Assembly (NCBI GenBank): GCA_964571275.1
Contig: CAZNCQ010000006.1
Location: forward strand, 4,770-68,769
Length of the DNA: 64,000 nucleotides
Reading direction: 5' to 3'
DNA from: an uncultured Myxococcales bacterium
Lineage (GTDB): Bacteria > Myxococcota_A > Polyangia > Fen-1088
The notes under the pieces are model-generated. The model was not told where the DNA came from, ran no database searches, and saw only the letters and a program-made list of their open reading frames with translations. Positions 1 through 9,203 of this stretch are shown here, piece by piece. The stretch's first letter is position 1, and the number at the start of each line of letters is the position of its first letter. The position numbers and the translations under genes are program-made.

Positions 1-150
1 GCAGACGGGGGAAGGCGCGCTCTTCCGCTCCAATCGGTCGCTTCCTCAAGGGTTGTCATCCCGCGCCGATGGCCGGTGCAGCGAGCCTGACTGTACGCTG
101 GGTGCGTCGTCCAGGACAGATGTGGACGTCAGGCGCACGCGGAGGAGTGC

Positions 151-3100
151 ATGCTCGTTCCCATCGATTCAACCAGTGAGAGCGCGGCGGAGAGAAGCGG
201 TGCCCGCGTCCCGTCGGGGCGCCTGCAGGACGTCGAGCGAGATGGGTTGATCGCCGCTGTCGAACAATCGGCGGACGCTGTCGTCATCACGGACTCCGTC
301 GGGACGATTCAATATGTGAACCCGGCGTTCACCGCCCTCACGGGATATGCGCGCGACGAGGCGATCGGACAGTCGCCGCGCCTGCTCAAGTCGGGCCGCG
401 AGTCTCCTGCCTTTTACAAGAACCTCTGGGACACCATCAACGCCGGGCGCATCTGGCATGACGAGCTCGTGAACCGTCGCAAGGACGGCAGCCTCTACAC
501 CGAGGACATGCGGATCGCGCCGGTGCGAAACGCCTCCGGCGAGATCACGAGCTACATCGCGATCAAGCGCGACGTGACGGAGCGCCGGGCGGCGGAAGAG
601 GCCAAGCAATTCCTGGCGTCGATCGTCGAGGGCTCCGATGACGCCATCCTCGCTACCTCCCCCACGGGCATCGTCGTGTCGTGGAACCACGGCGCGCAGG
701 CGCTGGTCGGCTATACGGCGGAGGAGGTCATCGGGCGACACTTCTCGATGCTGGTCTCGCCCGACCTGCACGAGCGGATCCCGCCGCTCCTGGAACAGGT
801 CGTGCGCGACGCCACCTCCTCGCGTCGAGACACGGTGCTGGTGACCAAGGACGGTCGGCGCGTCAACGCGTCCGTCACGGTCTCACCCATCAGGGGCACG
901 GATGGCAAGATCGCGGGCATGGCGGTCATTGGCCGCGACATCAGCGAGCGCGTCCGCGCCGAACAGCAGTTACGCGACAGCGAGGAGCGGTTCCGCGGCG
1001 CCTTCGAGAGCGCGCCCTTCGGCCTCTCCCTCACCGCCAGTGACGGCCGCTTCGTGCAGGTCAACTCGACGCTATGCCGCATGCTGGGGTACTCCGCGCC
1101 AGAGCTCTTCGGCATGACCTGGCTGCAGCTGACCCATCCCGATGATCGGGAGGCGTCGGCGCAGGCGACGCAGGAACTGCTGGCCGGTCGTTCGGGGTGC
1201 TACGAAATCGAGAAGCGGTACCTCCATCGCTCGGGCAGCATCATGCAGGCGCGCAGCCGGATCTCGCTGGTGCGGGACAGCACGGGTACGCCGACCTACT
1301 TCGTGGCCCAGATCGAGGACATCGGCGAGCGCAAGCGCGTCGAGGAGGCGCTGCGAGAGAGCGAGGAGCGTTTCCGCACATTGGCCGACGGTTGCCCGAC
1401 CATCATGTGGGTGACCAACGCCGATGGCGGAATCCGGTTCGTCAACCGGACGTTCCGGGAGTTCTTTCAGCGGACGTACGAGGAGCTTCGCGAGGACAAA
1501 TGGCAACGGCTGTTGCACGCCGACGACGTGCCGGCCTACGTCGCCGGGTTCGCGGAGGCGATTCGCGCGAAGACGTCCTTCCGTGCCGAGGCGCGGGTTC
1601 AGCGCGCCGACGGCGAGTGGCGATGGGTCGCTTCGTATGCCGAGCCGCGCTTCGCCGCGTCCGGGGAGTTTCTGGGGCACGTGGGCCTGAGCCCGGACAT
1701 CACGGAGCGGAAGCAGGCCGAGGTGGCCATCCAGCTCAGCGAAGAGAAGTTCCGCCAGCTGGCGGAGAATATTCGCGAGGTCTTCTGGATGACGAACGCG
1801 ACGGGGACGGAGATGTACTACGTCAGCCCCGCGTATGAGCAGATCTGGGGCCGAACGGCCGAATCCATCTACAAGAACCCGTTCTCCTGGTTCGAGGCGA
1901 TTCGTCCCGAGGACCGGGAGCACGCCAACCAGTTCTTCACCATGCAGGTGGCGGGAGAACGCATCGACTCCGAGTACCGCATAACGACCCCTGACGGTCA
2001 GGAGCGCTGGATACGCGATCAGGCCTTTCCCGTTCGCGACGCCTCCGGCGAGCTGATCCGCATCGTCGGGCTCGCCGAGGACATCACGGAGCGCAAGCAC
2101 CACGAGGCGGAGCTGATCCACGCGCGCGCGGCTGCCGATGCCGCGAACACCGCCAAGAGCCGCCTGCTCGCCAACATGAGTCACGAGATCCGCACGCCCA
2201 TGAACGGCGTGATCGGCACGCTCCAGTTGATGTCGCTGACGAGCCTCACGCCCGAGCAACGCAGGTTCGTCACCATCATCGAGAACAGCGGACGATCCCT
2301 GCTGGCGCTCATCGACGACATCCTGGACCTGTCGAAGATCGAGGCCGGGAAGCTGACGCTCGAGCGCGTGGAGTTCAACCTGCTTCGTCTCGCCGAGGAC
2401 GTGGTCCAGTCCCTGGCCGGCCAGGCCGAACCGAAAGGTCTCGTCCTCACTTTGCGCGCGGCGCCCGACACACCGACGTTGGTGCGAGGCGATTCGAATC
2501 GACTGCGGCAGGTTCTGACCAACCTGACGTCCAACGCCATCAAGTTCACCGAGCGGGGCGCGGTGACGCTGAAGCTGGCGCTCGTGGCGCAGGCCGAGGG
2601 CAAGACGACGATTCGATTCGAAGTCACCGACACGGGCATCGGTCTGCGGCCAGAGCAGATCCAGCCGTTGTTCTCGGCGTTCTCCCAGGCTGACGTTTCG
2701 ACGACGCGCCGGTACGGCGGCACGGGCCTTGGCCTGGCCATCTCCAAGCAGATCATCGAGATGATGGGGGGGAAGATCGGGGTCGAGAGCCGCGAGCGCG
2801 AAGGTTCCACCTTCTGGTGCACGGCGGTCCTCGACACGGCGGCGGCGACGGCGCCGCGCGCGGAGGCCGACCCTGTCGACCCGCGACGAGCGCCGGCGCC
2901 CGCGCAGGCCGCGGCGTTGAACCGCACGGCGCGCATCCTCATCGCGGAGGACAACGCCGTCAACCGCTTCGTGGCCCTGTCGCAGGTGACGAAGCTCGGA
3001 TATCAGGCCGACGTCGTCACCAACGGCGCCGAGGCCGTGCTGGCCTTGCAGAAGGGTGAATACGATCTGGTCTTGATGGACTGCGAGATGCCCGAGATGG

Positions 3101-3297
3101 ACGGCTACGAGGCCACCCGGCGCGTTCGTGAGGCGCGCCTGTCACGCGCGCCCATCATCGCCGTCACCGCCTCGGCCATGCCGGAGGATCGGGAGAAGTG
3201 CATCGCGGCCGGAATGGACGACGTGCTCTCGAAGCCCGTGGATCTGTCACGCATGGCCGACGTGCTCGCGCTCTGGCTGCGGGCTCCTCCGCGCTGA
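151..3297 (+). CDS. hybrid sensor histidine kinase/response regulator with multiple PAS/PAC domains
   Basis: 1048-aa ORF. Several PAS/PAC-like repeats each end in D(I/V)TER(R/K). HisKA H-box SHEIRTPMNGV is present, with HATPase_c motifs (NLTSNAIKFT, DTGIGL, GGTGLGLAIS). C-terminal receiver domain (ILIAEDN..., LVLMDCEMPEMDG, SKP). Confidence 0.9.
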   Translation: MLVPIDSTSESAAERSGARVPSGRLQDVERDGLIAAVEQSADAVVITDSVGTIQYVNPAFTALTGYARDEAIGQSPRLLKSGRESPAFYKNLWDTINAGRIWHDELVNRRKDGSLYTEDMRIAPVRNASGEITSYIAIKRDVTERRAAEEAKQFLASIVEGSDDAILATSPTGIVVSWNHGAQALVGYTAEEVIGRHFSMLVSPDLHERIPPLLEQVVRDATSSRRDTVLVTKDGRRVNASVTVSPIRGTDGKIAGMAVIGRDISERVRAEQQLRDSEERFRGAFESAPFGLSLTASDGRFVQVNSTLCRMLGYSAPELFGMTWLQLTHPDDREASAQATQELLAGRSGCYEIEKRYLHRSGSIMQARSRISLVRDSTGTPTYFVAQIEDIGERKRVEEALRESEERFRTLADGCPTIMWVTNADGGIRFVNRTFREFFQRTYEELREDKWQRLLHADDVPAYVAGFAEAIRAKTSFRAEARVQRADGEWRWVASYAEPRFAASGEFLGHVGLSPDITERKQAEVAIQLSEEKFRQLAENIREVFWMTNATGTEMYYVSPAYEQIWGRTAESIYKNPFSWFEAIRPEDREHANQFFTMQVAGERIDSEYRITTPDGQERWIRDQAFPVRDASGELIRIVGLAEDITERKHHEAELIHARAAADAANTAKSRLLANMSHEIRTPMNGVIGTLQLMSLTSLTPEQRRFVTIIENSGRSLLALIDDILDLSKIEAGKLTLERVEFNLLRLAEDVVQSLAGQAEPKGLVLTLRAAPDTPTLVRGDSNRLRQVLTNLTSNAIKFTERGAVTLKLALVAQAEGKTTIRFEVTDTGIGLRPEQIQPLFSAFSQADVSTTRRYGGTGLGLAISKQIIEMMGGKIGVESREREGSTFWCTAVLDTAAATAPRAEADPVDPRRAPAPAQAAALNRTARILIAEDNAVNRFVALSQVTKLGYQADVVTNGAEAVLALQKGEYDLVLMDCEMPEMDGYEATRRVREARLSRAPIIAVTASAMPEDREKCIAAGMDDVLSKPVDLSRMADVLALWLRAPPR

Positions 3298-3332
3298 GGC
3301 CTGATCTCGGGACGCCGGCGCGGCCAAACGGA

Positions 3333-3357
3333 GCGCGGTCCCCGACCGGGGCCGCGC
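3333..3357. terminator. GC-rich hairpin between convergent genes (candidate bidirectional terminator)
   Basis: gcgcggtccc/cgacc/gggGccgcgc forms a 10-bp stem (one G-U pair) with a 5-nt loop. It lies between the kinase stop (3297) and the FliL-like stop (3359). There is no clear U-tract. Confidence 0.3.
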
Positions 3358-3358
3358 G

Positions 3359-3853
3359 CTATTCGACATGCGCGATGGCCAAGTAGCTGAGGTAGATCGC
3401 GCTCAAGCGCTGGCTCGGGAGGACGTTGCGATAGCGTTCCAGGAGCCGCGCCTTCGTCCTCGCCAGCTCGTCGCTTCCACGAAGCTCCTCGGGGCTCAGC
3501 TCTGACAGGAACGCGATCGTTTCGTTGCGCACGCGCGGCAGCTGTCTGCGGACAGCCTCGCGGTCTTGCACGGAGGCGACCTCCAGATCGAACGCCGCGT
3601 CCACATACAGGTCGCCGCCGACGCTCCGCAGGCCGACCACGACATCCGGAAGCCTCAAGATCGGGCCGTCTGGGCCGTCGCTGTCGGTGGCATCGCCAGA
3701 CAGGAAGCCGAAGGTCACACCGCTCCACCTGTCCCGACTCGTCCCGTAGAGGAGCAGAGCGACCACGACCAGCAGGTTCAGCGCGACCACGATCGTCCAA
3801 CCCATCCGTCGACGTTCGCGTTCAGGCCCCTTGACCTTCTTCATTTGCTGCAT
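3359..3853 (-). CDS. FliL-like membrane protein (flagellar basal-body-associated FliL family fold)
   Basis: 164 aa with one N-terminal TM helix (WTIVVALNLLVVVALLLY). The periplasmic part follows the FliL pattern: LRLPDVVVGL..GGDLYVDAAFDLEV, LPRVRNETIAFLSELSPEELRGSDE, LSAIYLSYLAI. Confidence 0.55.
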   Translation of the reverse strand: MQQMKKVKGPERERRRMGWTIVVALNLLVVVALLLYGTSRDRWSGVTFGFLSGDATDSDGPDGPILRLPDVVVGLRSVGGDLYVDAAFDLEVASVQDREAVRRQLPRVRNETIAFLSELSPEELRGSDELARTKARLLERYRNVLPSQRLSAIYLSYLAIAHVE

Positions 3854-4129
3854 CAGCGCAAACTGCAGGCTCGCCAGGCGAGCCCGCGCCGATTGTCCAC
3901 CCCAGATCCCCTCTGATTCCTCGACATATCAGGCCGAAACTATATGTGTGACGACCAGGCTGCGCGCCGCGACGTCGTGCGTTCTGCGACGCGACGTCGT
4001 TGGCGGGCGGCGGGAGCGCGGGACAGTCCCGAACCCGCGCGGCGCGGCTGTTGGAGACGTCGCTAAAGGTCCGAATCAGCGTACCGAAGGGGCGACGGAG
4101 GCGACTAACCGCCTTTGCGAGGAGAGGAC

Positions 4130-4669
4130 ATGACGCAGTTCAAAGCGATCTCGCCGAGCGCCGAGGTGAACGGCGAGGCGGTGCACGCGATCCTTGACGG
4201 TGTGGGAACCATGAAGCAAGCGGCGCTCGAGATGCTGCGCAAGTACGGCATCGTCGACCCGCAGCCCGGCAAGTGGTATCCGCAGCAGGCGTGGCTCGAC
4301 GCGTTCAAGGAGATCACCGAGAAGATCGGGCCCAACACCGTCTTCCAGATCGCCACGAAGATTCCGGACAACGCGAAGTTCCCGCCCCAGATCGACTCGA
4401 TCGAGAAGGCGCTGGCGGCGATCGACGTCGCCTATCACATGAACCACCGGGGCGGCGACATCGGATCCTACAAGTCCACTTCGACCGGTCCGCGCGCCGC
4501 GAAGGTGGTCTGCGCCAACCCAATGCCTTGCGCCTTCGACCGGGGGCTGATCACGTCGATGGCCAAGCGGTTCAAGCCTGCGGGGGCGGCGGCGACCGTG
4601 AAGCACGACGATTCGCAGCCCTGTCGCAGCAACGGACAGACGACCTGCACCTATCTCGTGAGCTGGTAG
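4130..4669 (+). CDS. hypothetical protein
   Basis: ATG at 4130 is preceded by GAGGAGAGG. 179 aa with host-like GC3-rich codon usage. No motif recognised. Confidence 0.6.
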   Translation: MTQFKAISPSAEVNGEAVHAILDGVGTMKQAALEMLRKYGIVDPQPGKWYPQQAWLDAFKEITEKIGPNTVFQIATKIPDNAKFPPQIDSIEKALAAIDVAYHMNHRGGDIGSYKSTSTGPRAAKVVCANPMPCAFDRGLITSMAKRFKPAGAAATVKHDDSQPCRSNGQTTCTYLVSW

Positions 4670-4773
4670 CGAACCCCAGGTAATCGGTCGAGGAATCGAG
4701 AAATAGTGATCGGACGAGCACCGCCGGCGCATGACCAGGCATGGGATCGACGCGCACCTCGAAGGGGACGCCC

Positions 4774-5850
4774 ATGCGAAGCTGGAGAATCCTCGCCGTC
4801 GCGGTGCTGGGCGGTCTCGAGGCGTGCAGCGGCGGCGCGGCGGGGCCGGCGTCTTCGTCGACGACCGACGGGGCGGGCGGTGCGACCGTCGTGACCGGCT
4901 CGGGCGGTGCTGCCGGCGCTGCCCTCGACGGTGGCGCGCGCGACGCTGCCGCCAGCGGCGGCTCGAACGGCACGGGCGGCGCTCCGACGGGGCCGGGGAA
5001 CGGCGGCCGCGCCGGCACGGGCGGAGCAGGCGCGACCGACGCGGGTGTACCCGACACGGGGGTCGCCGACGCGAGCAAAGGCGACGCGCGGAGCGCCGAC
5101 GCGGGCACCATCGTCGCTGCGGTCACCTGCAACACCGCCGGCGCGGCCACCGCCAAGACGCCAACCGTCTACGTCATCGGCGACTCCACCGCGTCGGTGT
5201 ACACGAGCGATCTCTACCCGCGCATGGGCTGGGCGCAGCCGCTGCAAGAGTATTTCACGCCCGCGTGCGCGACGATCCAGGACGAGGCGCTGTCAGGCCG
5301 CAGCTCGAAGAGCTTCTTCGACGAGGGCGACTGGGCGCCGATCAAGGCGGCCCTGCGCGCTGGCGACATCGTGCTCATCCAGTTCGGGCACAACGACGAG
5401 AAGACCGACGATCCGACGCGATTCACCGATCCGTTCACGACGTACGAGATGTACCTGTCGATCTACATCGACGACGCGATCGCGAAGGGCGCGACGCCGA
5501 TCCTCCTCTCGTCGATCAACCGCAACGACTGGACGAACGCCGCGCTCGACGACACGCACGGCAACTACCCGGTGGCGGTGCGGCAGCTCGCGGCCGCGAA
5601 GAAGGTCGCGCTGGTCGACGCCACCGCGCTGACCAAGACATTCTTCACGCGCATCGGCCAATCCGCGACGACCGCGCTGTTCATGGACCTGGCGCCCGGC
5701 CAGTTTCCAAACTACCCGAACGGCAACACCGACGACACCCACCTTCAGGACAAGGGCGCGCATACGATAGCGCAGCTGCTCCTCGCGGATATGTACCGCC
5801 AGGCCTTCCCCCTCGCCTACCTGCTGAAGGCGGTGCCACTGGCGCCGTGA
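4774..5850 (+). CDS. SGNH/GDSL hydrolase lipoprotein, rhamnogalacturonan acetylesterase-like
   Basis: Lipobox LGGLEAC followed by a Gly/Ala-rich linker. SGNH blocks are present: VYVIGDSTAS, GRSSKSF, IQFGHNDE, DDTHLQDKGA. The start could alternatively be 4741. Confidence 0.75.
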   Translation: MRSWRILAVAVLGGLEACSGGAAGPASSSTTDGAGGATVVTGSGGAAGAALDGGARDAAASGGSNGTGGAPTGPGNGGRAGTGGAGATDAGVPDTGVADASKGDARSADAGTIVAAVTCNTAGAATAKTPTVYVIGDSTASVYTSDLYPRMGWAQPLQEYFTPACATIQDEALSGRSSKSFFDEGDWAPIKAALRAGDIVLIQFGHNDEKTDDPTRFTDPFTTYEMYLSIYIDDAIAKGATPILLSSINRNDWTNAALDDTHGNYPVAVRQLAAAKKVALVDATALTKTFFTRIGQSATTALFMDLAPGQFPNYPNGNTDDTHLQDKGAHTIAQLLLADMYRQAFPLAYLLKAVPLAP

Positions 5851-5880
5851 GCAGCCGCCGCCGGCGTCCCGGGCCGACCG

Positions 5881-6249
5881 CTACTTTCCCCGCATCTCCT
5901 TCGCGCGCATGGTGTGATAGTCGGCCGCCTTCTCGGCATCGGCGGATAGTTTGTCCGCATCCTTGGACAGCATCTCGCAATGCTTCTGCATCTTGTCGTT
6001 CCAGGGGTTCTTCACGCCGCCCTTCGAATCCGGGTGCTCCTTCGCGTAGGCGGCCGCCATTGCCCGGTGCTCGTCCCCCACCTTCTTGAATTGAGTGGCC
6101 TCCTCTTTGTATTGCCTGGCGAGCGCCTCGTGCTCGGCCATCGTGGTGGGCACCTTCGCGTCTCCGGCGAATGAGGCCTTGGCGATCAGCGCGGCCGCCG
6201 CAAAAGCGAGAGATGAGACGAGCACAGGGATCTTGGTTCGGAAAGTCAT
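5881..6249 (-). CDS. small secreted helical protein, function unknown
   Basis: ATG at 6249 with GAGGAG upstream. Signal peptide MTFRTKIPVLVSSLAFAAAALIAKASFA. The mature part is charged and helical (122 aa total). Confidence 0.6.
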   Translation of the reverse strand: MTFRTKIPVLVSSLAFAAAALIAKASFAGDAKVPTTMAEHEALARQYKEEATQFKKVGDEHRAMAAAYAKEHPDSKGGVKNPWNDKMQKHCEMLSKDADKLSADAEKAADYHTMRAKEMRGK

Positions 6250-6595
6250 GGGTATCTCCTCTGGTTGATCGGAATGTCTGGTCGTCCGGAACGGACACGG
6301 AATCAAACTCTGCGGGGTCTGTTTCAGAAACCATCGCGGGCGGCGCCTCGCGCCGATTGAAAAGGCGTCGATAAGAGATCGCCTTGTGCCGCGACAAACG
6401 TTACAGAGCGTCCGCTCGAGTTCGCGATGCGTCCGTGCGCATCCGACCATCGATCTGCGCCCGGTCGTTCGTCGTCGCCCAACAACACCCCTCCGAAAAG
6501 CGCCCCCCCGGGTCGCGCCGCGAGAGTATACACGCTTCCGGCGAAGGGGTCGTCGTCATGAACCGTCGAGGCGAGGAGATGCGCCCATGTCCGGA

Positions 6596-9103
6596 CTACA
6601 AGCGGGACCATCGCGACGGGACGAGCATGCGCCACCCGACGGCCAGGACGGCGCCCGCGAAGGGGATCAGCCAGGAGAGCGGACGGAGAGGCACGATGCT
6701 CATCAGCGCCGCCGCGGCCGGCGTGTACATCATGATCGGGAGGCTGATCGCGGCCGCGCCCCACACGATCCAGAAGCGCGGCGAGCGGGGCAGGATCGCG
6801 CTCGCACGTTCTGCCGAGGCGGCGCGCTCGGCGAGGACGAGGATCTGGTAACCGATGATGAGGGTCGCGAGAGCGACGGCGCGGGCGTGGTCGGTCCCAG
6901 ACCGCATATTCCACCAGAACACGGCGAACACGGCCGCCGACAGCAAGAGGCCGGATAACGTCGATCGCAGCACGGCTGCTCTCGGCAACATGGGCGCGCG
7001 CGGATTCCGGGGCGGCCGGCGCATGAGGTCGCCCGGCGCAGGATCACCCTGGAACAGCAGGGCGGAAACCGGGTGAACAATCAGCTCGAGCCAGATCAGG
7101 TGCAGCGGCATCAGCAGGAGGGGCAGGCCGACAATCGGAGGCATCAGCGCCAGCAGCACGATCGGGATGTGGAACGCGATCAGGTACAGGAACGCGCGCT
7201 GGATATCGAGGAAGATCTTCCGGCCGGCGCTGACCGCAGCGACGATCGAGGCGAAGTTGTCATCGAGCAGGACCAGGTCGGCCGCTGCCCGGGCGACGTC
7301 CGTCCCGCGCTGGCCCATGCTCACGCCGACGTCGGCTTGCCTGAGGGCCGGCGCATCGTTGATGCCGTCGCCCGTCATTGCGACGATCTCACCTTCAGCC
7401 TGCAGCGCCTCCACGATCATGTGCTTCTGCGCCGGCGAGATGCGGCAGAGGATGCTGGCGTCGGCGATGAGGCGTCGGCGCAGGCCGGCCGGCGCGGCCG
7501 CGAGCTGTTCGCCGCTCACGATCGCGTCGTCACGATGAATGATGCCCGCGCTCTCGGTGATCGCATGAGCGGTGAGGGCATGATCGCCGGTGACGACCTT
7601 GATTCGAACGCCGGCCGCCTGGCACTCGCGGACCGCGCCCGGCACCTCGGGACGCATCGGGTCCCGAAAGCCGAGTAGCCCGACCACCGACAGGTTTCGC
7701 TCGTCGTCCCCTCGCGTGATGCCCGTTGGGTTCGGGTCGACGCGCTCCGCGACGGCGAGCACGCGGATGCCCTCGGACGCGAGCCGCGCGTGGAGTTGCT
7801 CGATCGCGGTCCGCTCGGCAACCGCTACGTCCGCGTGCTCGAGGATTCCTTCGAGCGCGCCTTTGGCGACCACCCGGATCGTCGGGCCCCCGCTCGCCGG
7901 CGACCAGACGTGCGACATGTGCTTGCCGATGGGATCGAAATCGTGGTCCCGGACGAGACGCCAGTTCTCGATGAGCCGCTCGACGTCCATGCCTTGACGC
8001 GAGGCACGCGTCTCGATGGCCCGCTCCATGGGATCGCTCGGAGAAACCTCCGACGCGAGCACCGCCGCTGCCAGAAGCTCGCGCTCGGTCGTGTGGCCGA
8101 ACGGGACCACCTGGTCCAACACGAACTGCCCCTTCGTGAGGGTCCCGGTCTTGTCGGTGCAGATGACGGTCGTCGAGCCCAGCGTCTCCACGCTGGCGAG
8201 GCGCCGCACCAGCACGCCCTGCTTCGTCAAGCGCCAGGCACCCACGCTGAGGAACAGCGTGAACACGAGCGGGAATTCTTCCGGGGCGGCCGACATCGCG
8301 ATGCTGATCCCGCCGAGCAGGGATTGCCCCCAGCCGAGGCCGCGCAGCAGCCCGAGGCCAACCACCGCCGCGGCGACGACGGCGGCGATGACCGCGAGCT
8401 TCTTCACGAGCTGGCCGACGCGCCGTTGAAGCGGCGTGAGCGTCGTATCCGACGCCGCCACGAGGCGCGCGATCTCCCCGAACCGCGTCGCTCGCCCGGT
8501 CACGACGATCTCACCCTCGCCGTGGCCCGCCAGCACCGTCGATCCGGCGAAGAATCGTCCGTCGGCCGGAGCTCGGTCGCCAGCCACCGTCAACTCGACG
8601 GTTTGCTTGCCCTGAGGCTCGGACTCGCCCGTCAGCGACGATTCGTCGATGGCGAGGTTCGCTGCCGACCGGACGACACCGTCCGCGTGAATGAACTCTC
8701 CTTCGGAGAGGACCAGGAGGTCGCCTGGCACGAGCTCCGCAGTGTCGATCGTCGTCTCGCAACCGTCCCGGATCACCCGCGCGCGCGGCGCCACACTGCG
8801 AGCCAGCCTTTTGAGCGCCGACCGCGAGCGCGCTTCGAGGAACACATCGACGCCGATCACCGGGACGAGCGCGCCCAACATCACGATCGCGTCTCGCGCC
8901 TCGCCGAGCAACCTGTAGACTCCGGCCGCGGCGACGAGCATGATCGCCATGGGGTCGAGGAGGAGCGTGGCCGCATCCTTCAGCCAGGCCGCGCGCTCTC
9001 GGCTGACCAGCCTGTTTGGCCCGTGCTCGAGCAAGCGAGCGCGCGCTTCGTCCGTGGTCAGCCCACGGCTCCGCGCCGCCGCCGCCGGTTCGTTGATGGC
9101 CAT
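6596..9103 (-). CDS. cation-transporting P-type (E1-E2) ATPase
   Basis: Motifs TGES, phosphorylation site ICTDKTGTLT, KGA, VTGDH and MTGDGINDAPAL, plus about 10 TM segments. Start chosen at MAINEP (AGGAAG 8 nt upstream); the ORF stays open to 9178. Confidence 0.9.
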   Translation of the reverse strand: MAINEPAAAARSRGLTTDEARARLLEHGPNRLVSRERAAWLKDAATLLLDPMAIMLVAAAGVYRLLGEARDAIVMLGALVPVIGVDVFLEARSRSALKRLARSVAPRARVIRDGCETTIDTAELVPGDLLVLSEGEFIHADGVVRSAANLAIDESSLTGESEPQGKQTVELTVAGDRAPADGRFFAGSTVLAGHGEGEIVVTGRATRFGEIARLVAASDTTLTPLQRRVGQLVKKLAVIAAVVAAAVVGLGLLRGLGWGQSLLGGISIAMSAAPEEFPLVFTLFLSVGAWRLTKQGVLVRRLASVETLGSTTVICTDKTGTLTKGQFVLDQVVPFGHTTERELLAAAVLASEVSPSDPMERAIETRASRQGMDVERLIENWRLVRDHDFDPIGKHMSHVWSPASGGPTIRVVAKGALEGILEHADVAVAERTAIEQLHARLASEGIRVLAVAERVDPNPTGITRGDDERNLSVVGLLGFRDPMRPEVPGAVRECQAAGVRIKVVTGDHALTAHAITESAGIIHRDDAIVSGEQLAAAPAGLRRRLIADASILCRISPAQKHMIVEALQAEGEIVAMTGDGINDAPALRQADVGVSMGQRGTDVARAAADLVLLDDNFASIVAAVSAGRKIFLDIQRAFLYLIAFHIPIVLLALMPPIVGLPLLLMPLHLIWLELIVHPVSALLFQGDPAPGDLMRRPPRNPRAPMLPRAAVLRSTLSGLLLSAAVFAVFWWNMRSGTDHARAVALATLIIGYQILVLAERAASAERASAILPRSPRFWIVWGAAAISLPIMMYTPAAAALMSIVPLRPLSWLIPFAGAVLAVGWRMLVPSRWSRL

Positions 9104-9203
9104 CACCACACTTCCTGCCATGCGAACGAGGCGGAGTCCGACGAAGCGCTGTGGTGACCGGAAGACCGCGCCGCGCACACGCCAGCGCTCACAGCCATCC
9201 CCC

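Noticed and set aside
4830-5110. Repetitive GGC/GCC-rich DNA (also at 11200-11340 and 31330-31560) that looks like tandem repeats
   Set aside because: These stretches encode the Gly/Ala/Ser/Thr-rich linkers following the lipoboxes of three secreted hydrolases. They are low-complexity coding sequence, not repeat elements or CRISPR-like arrays.
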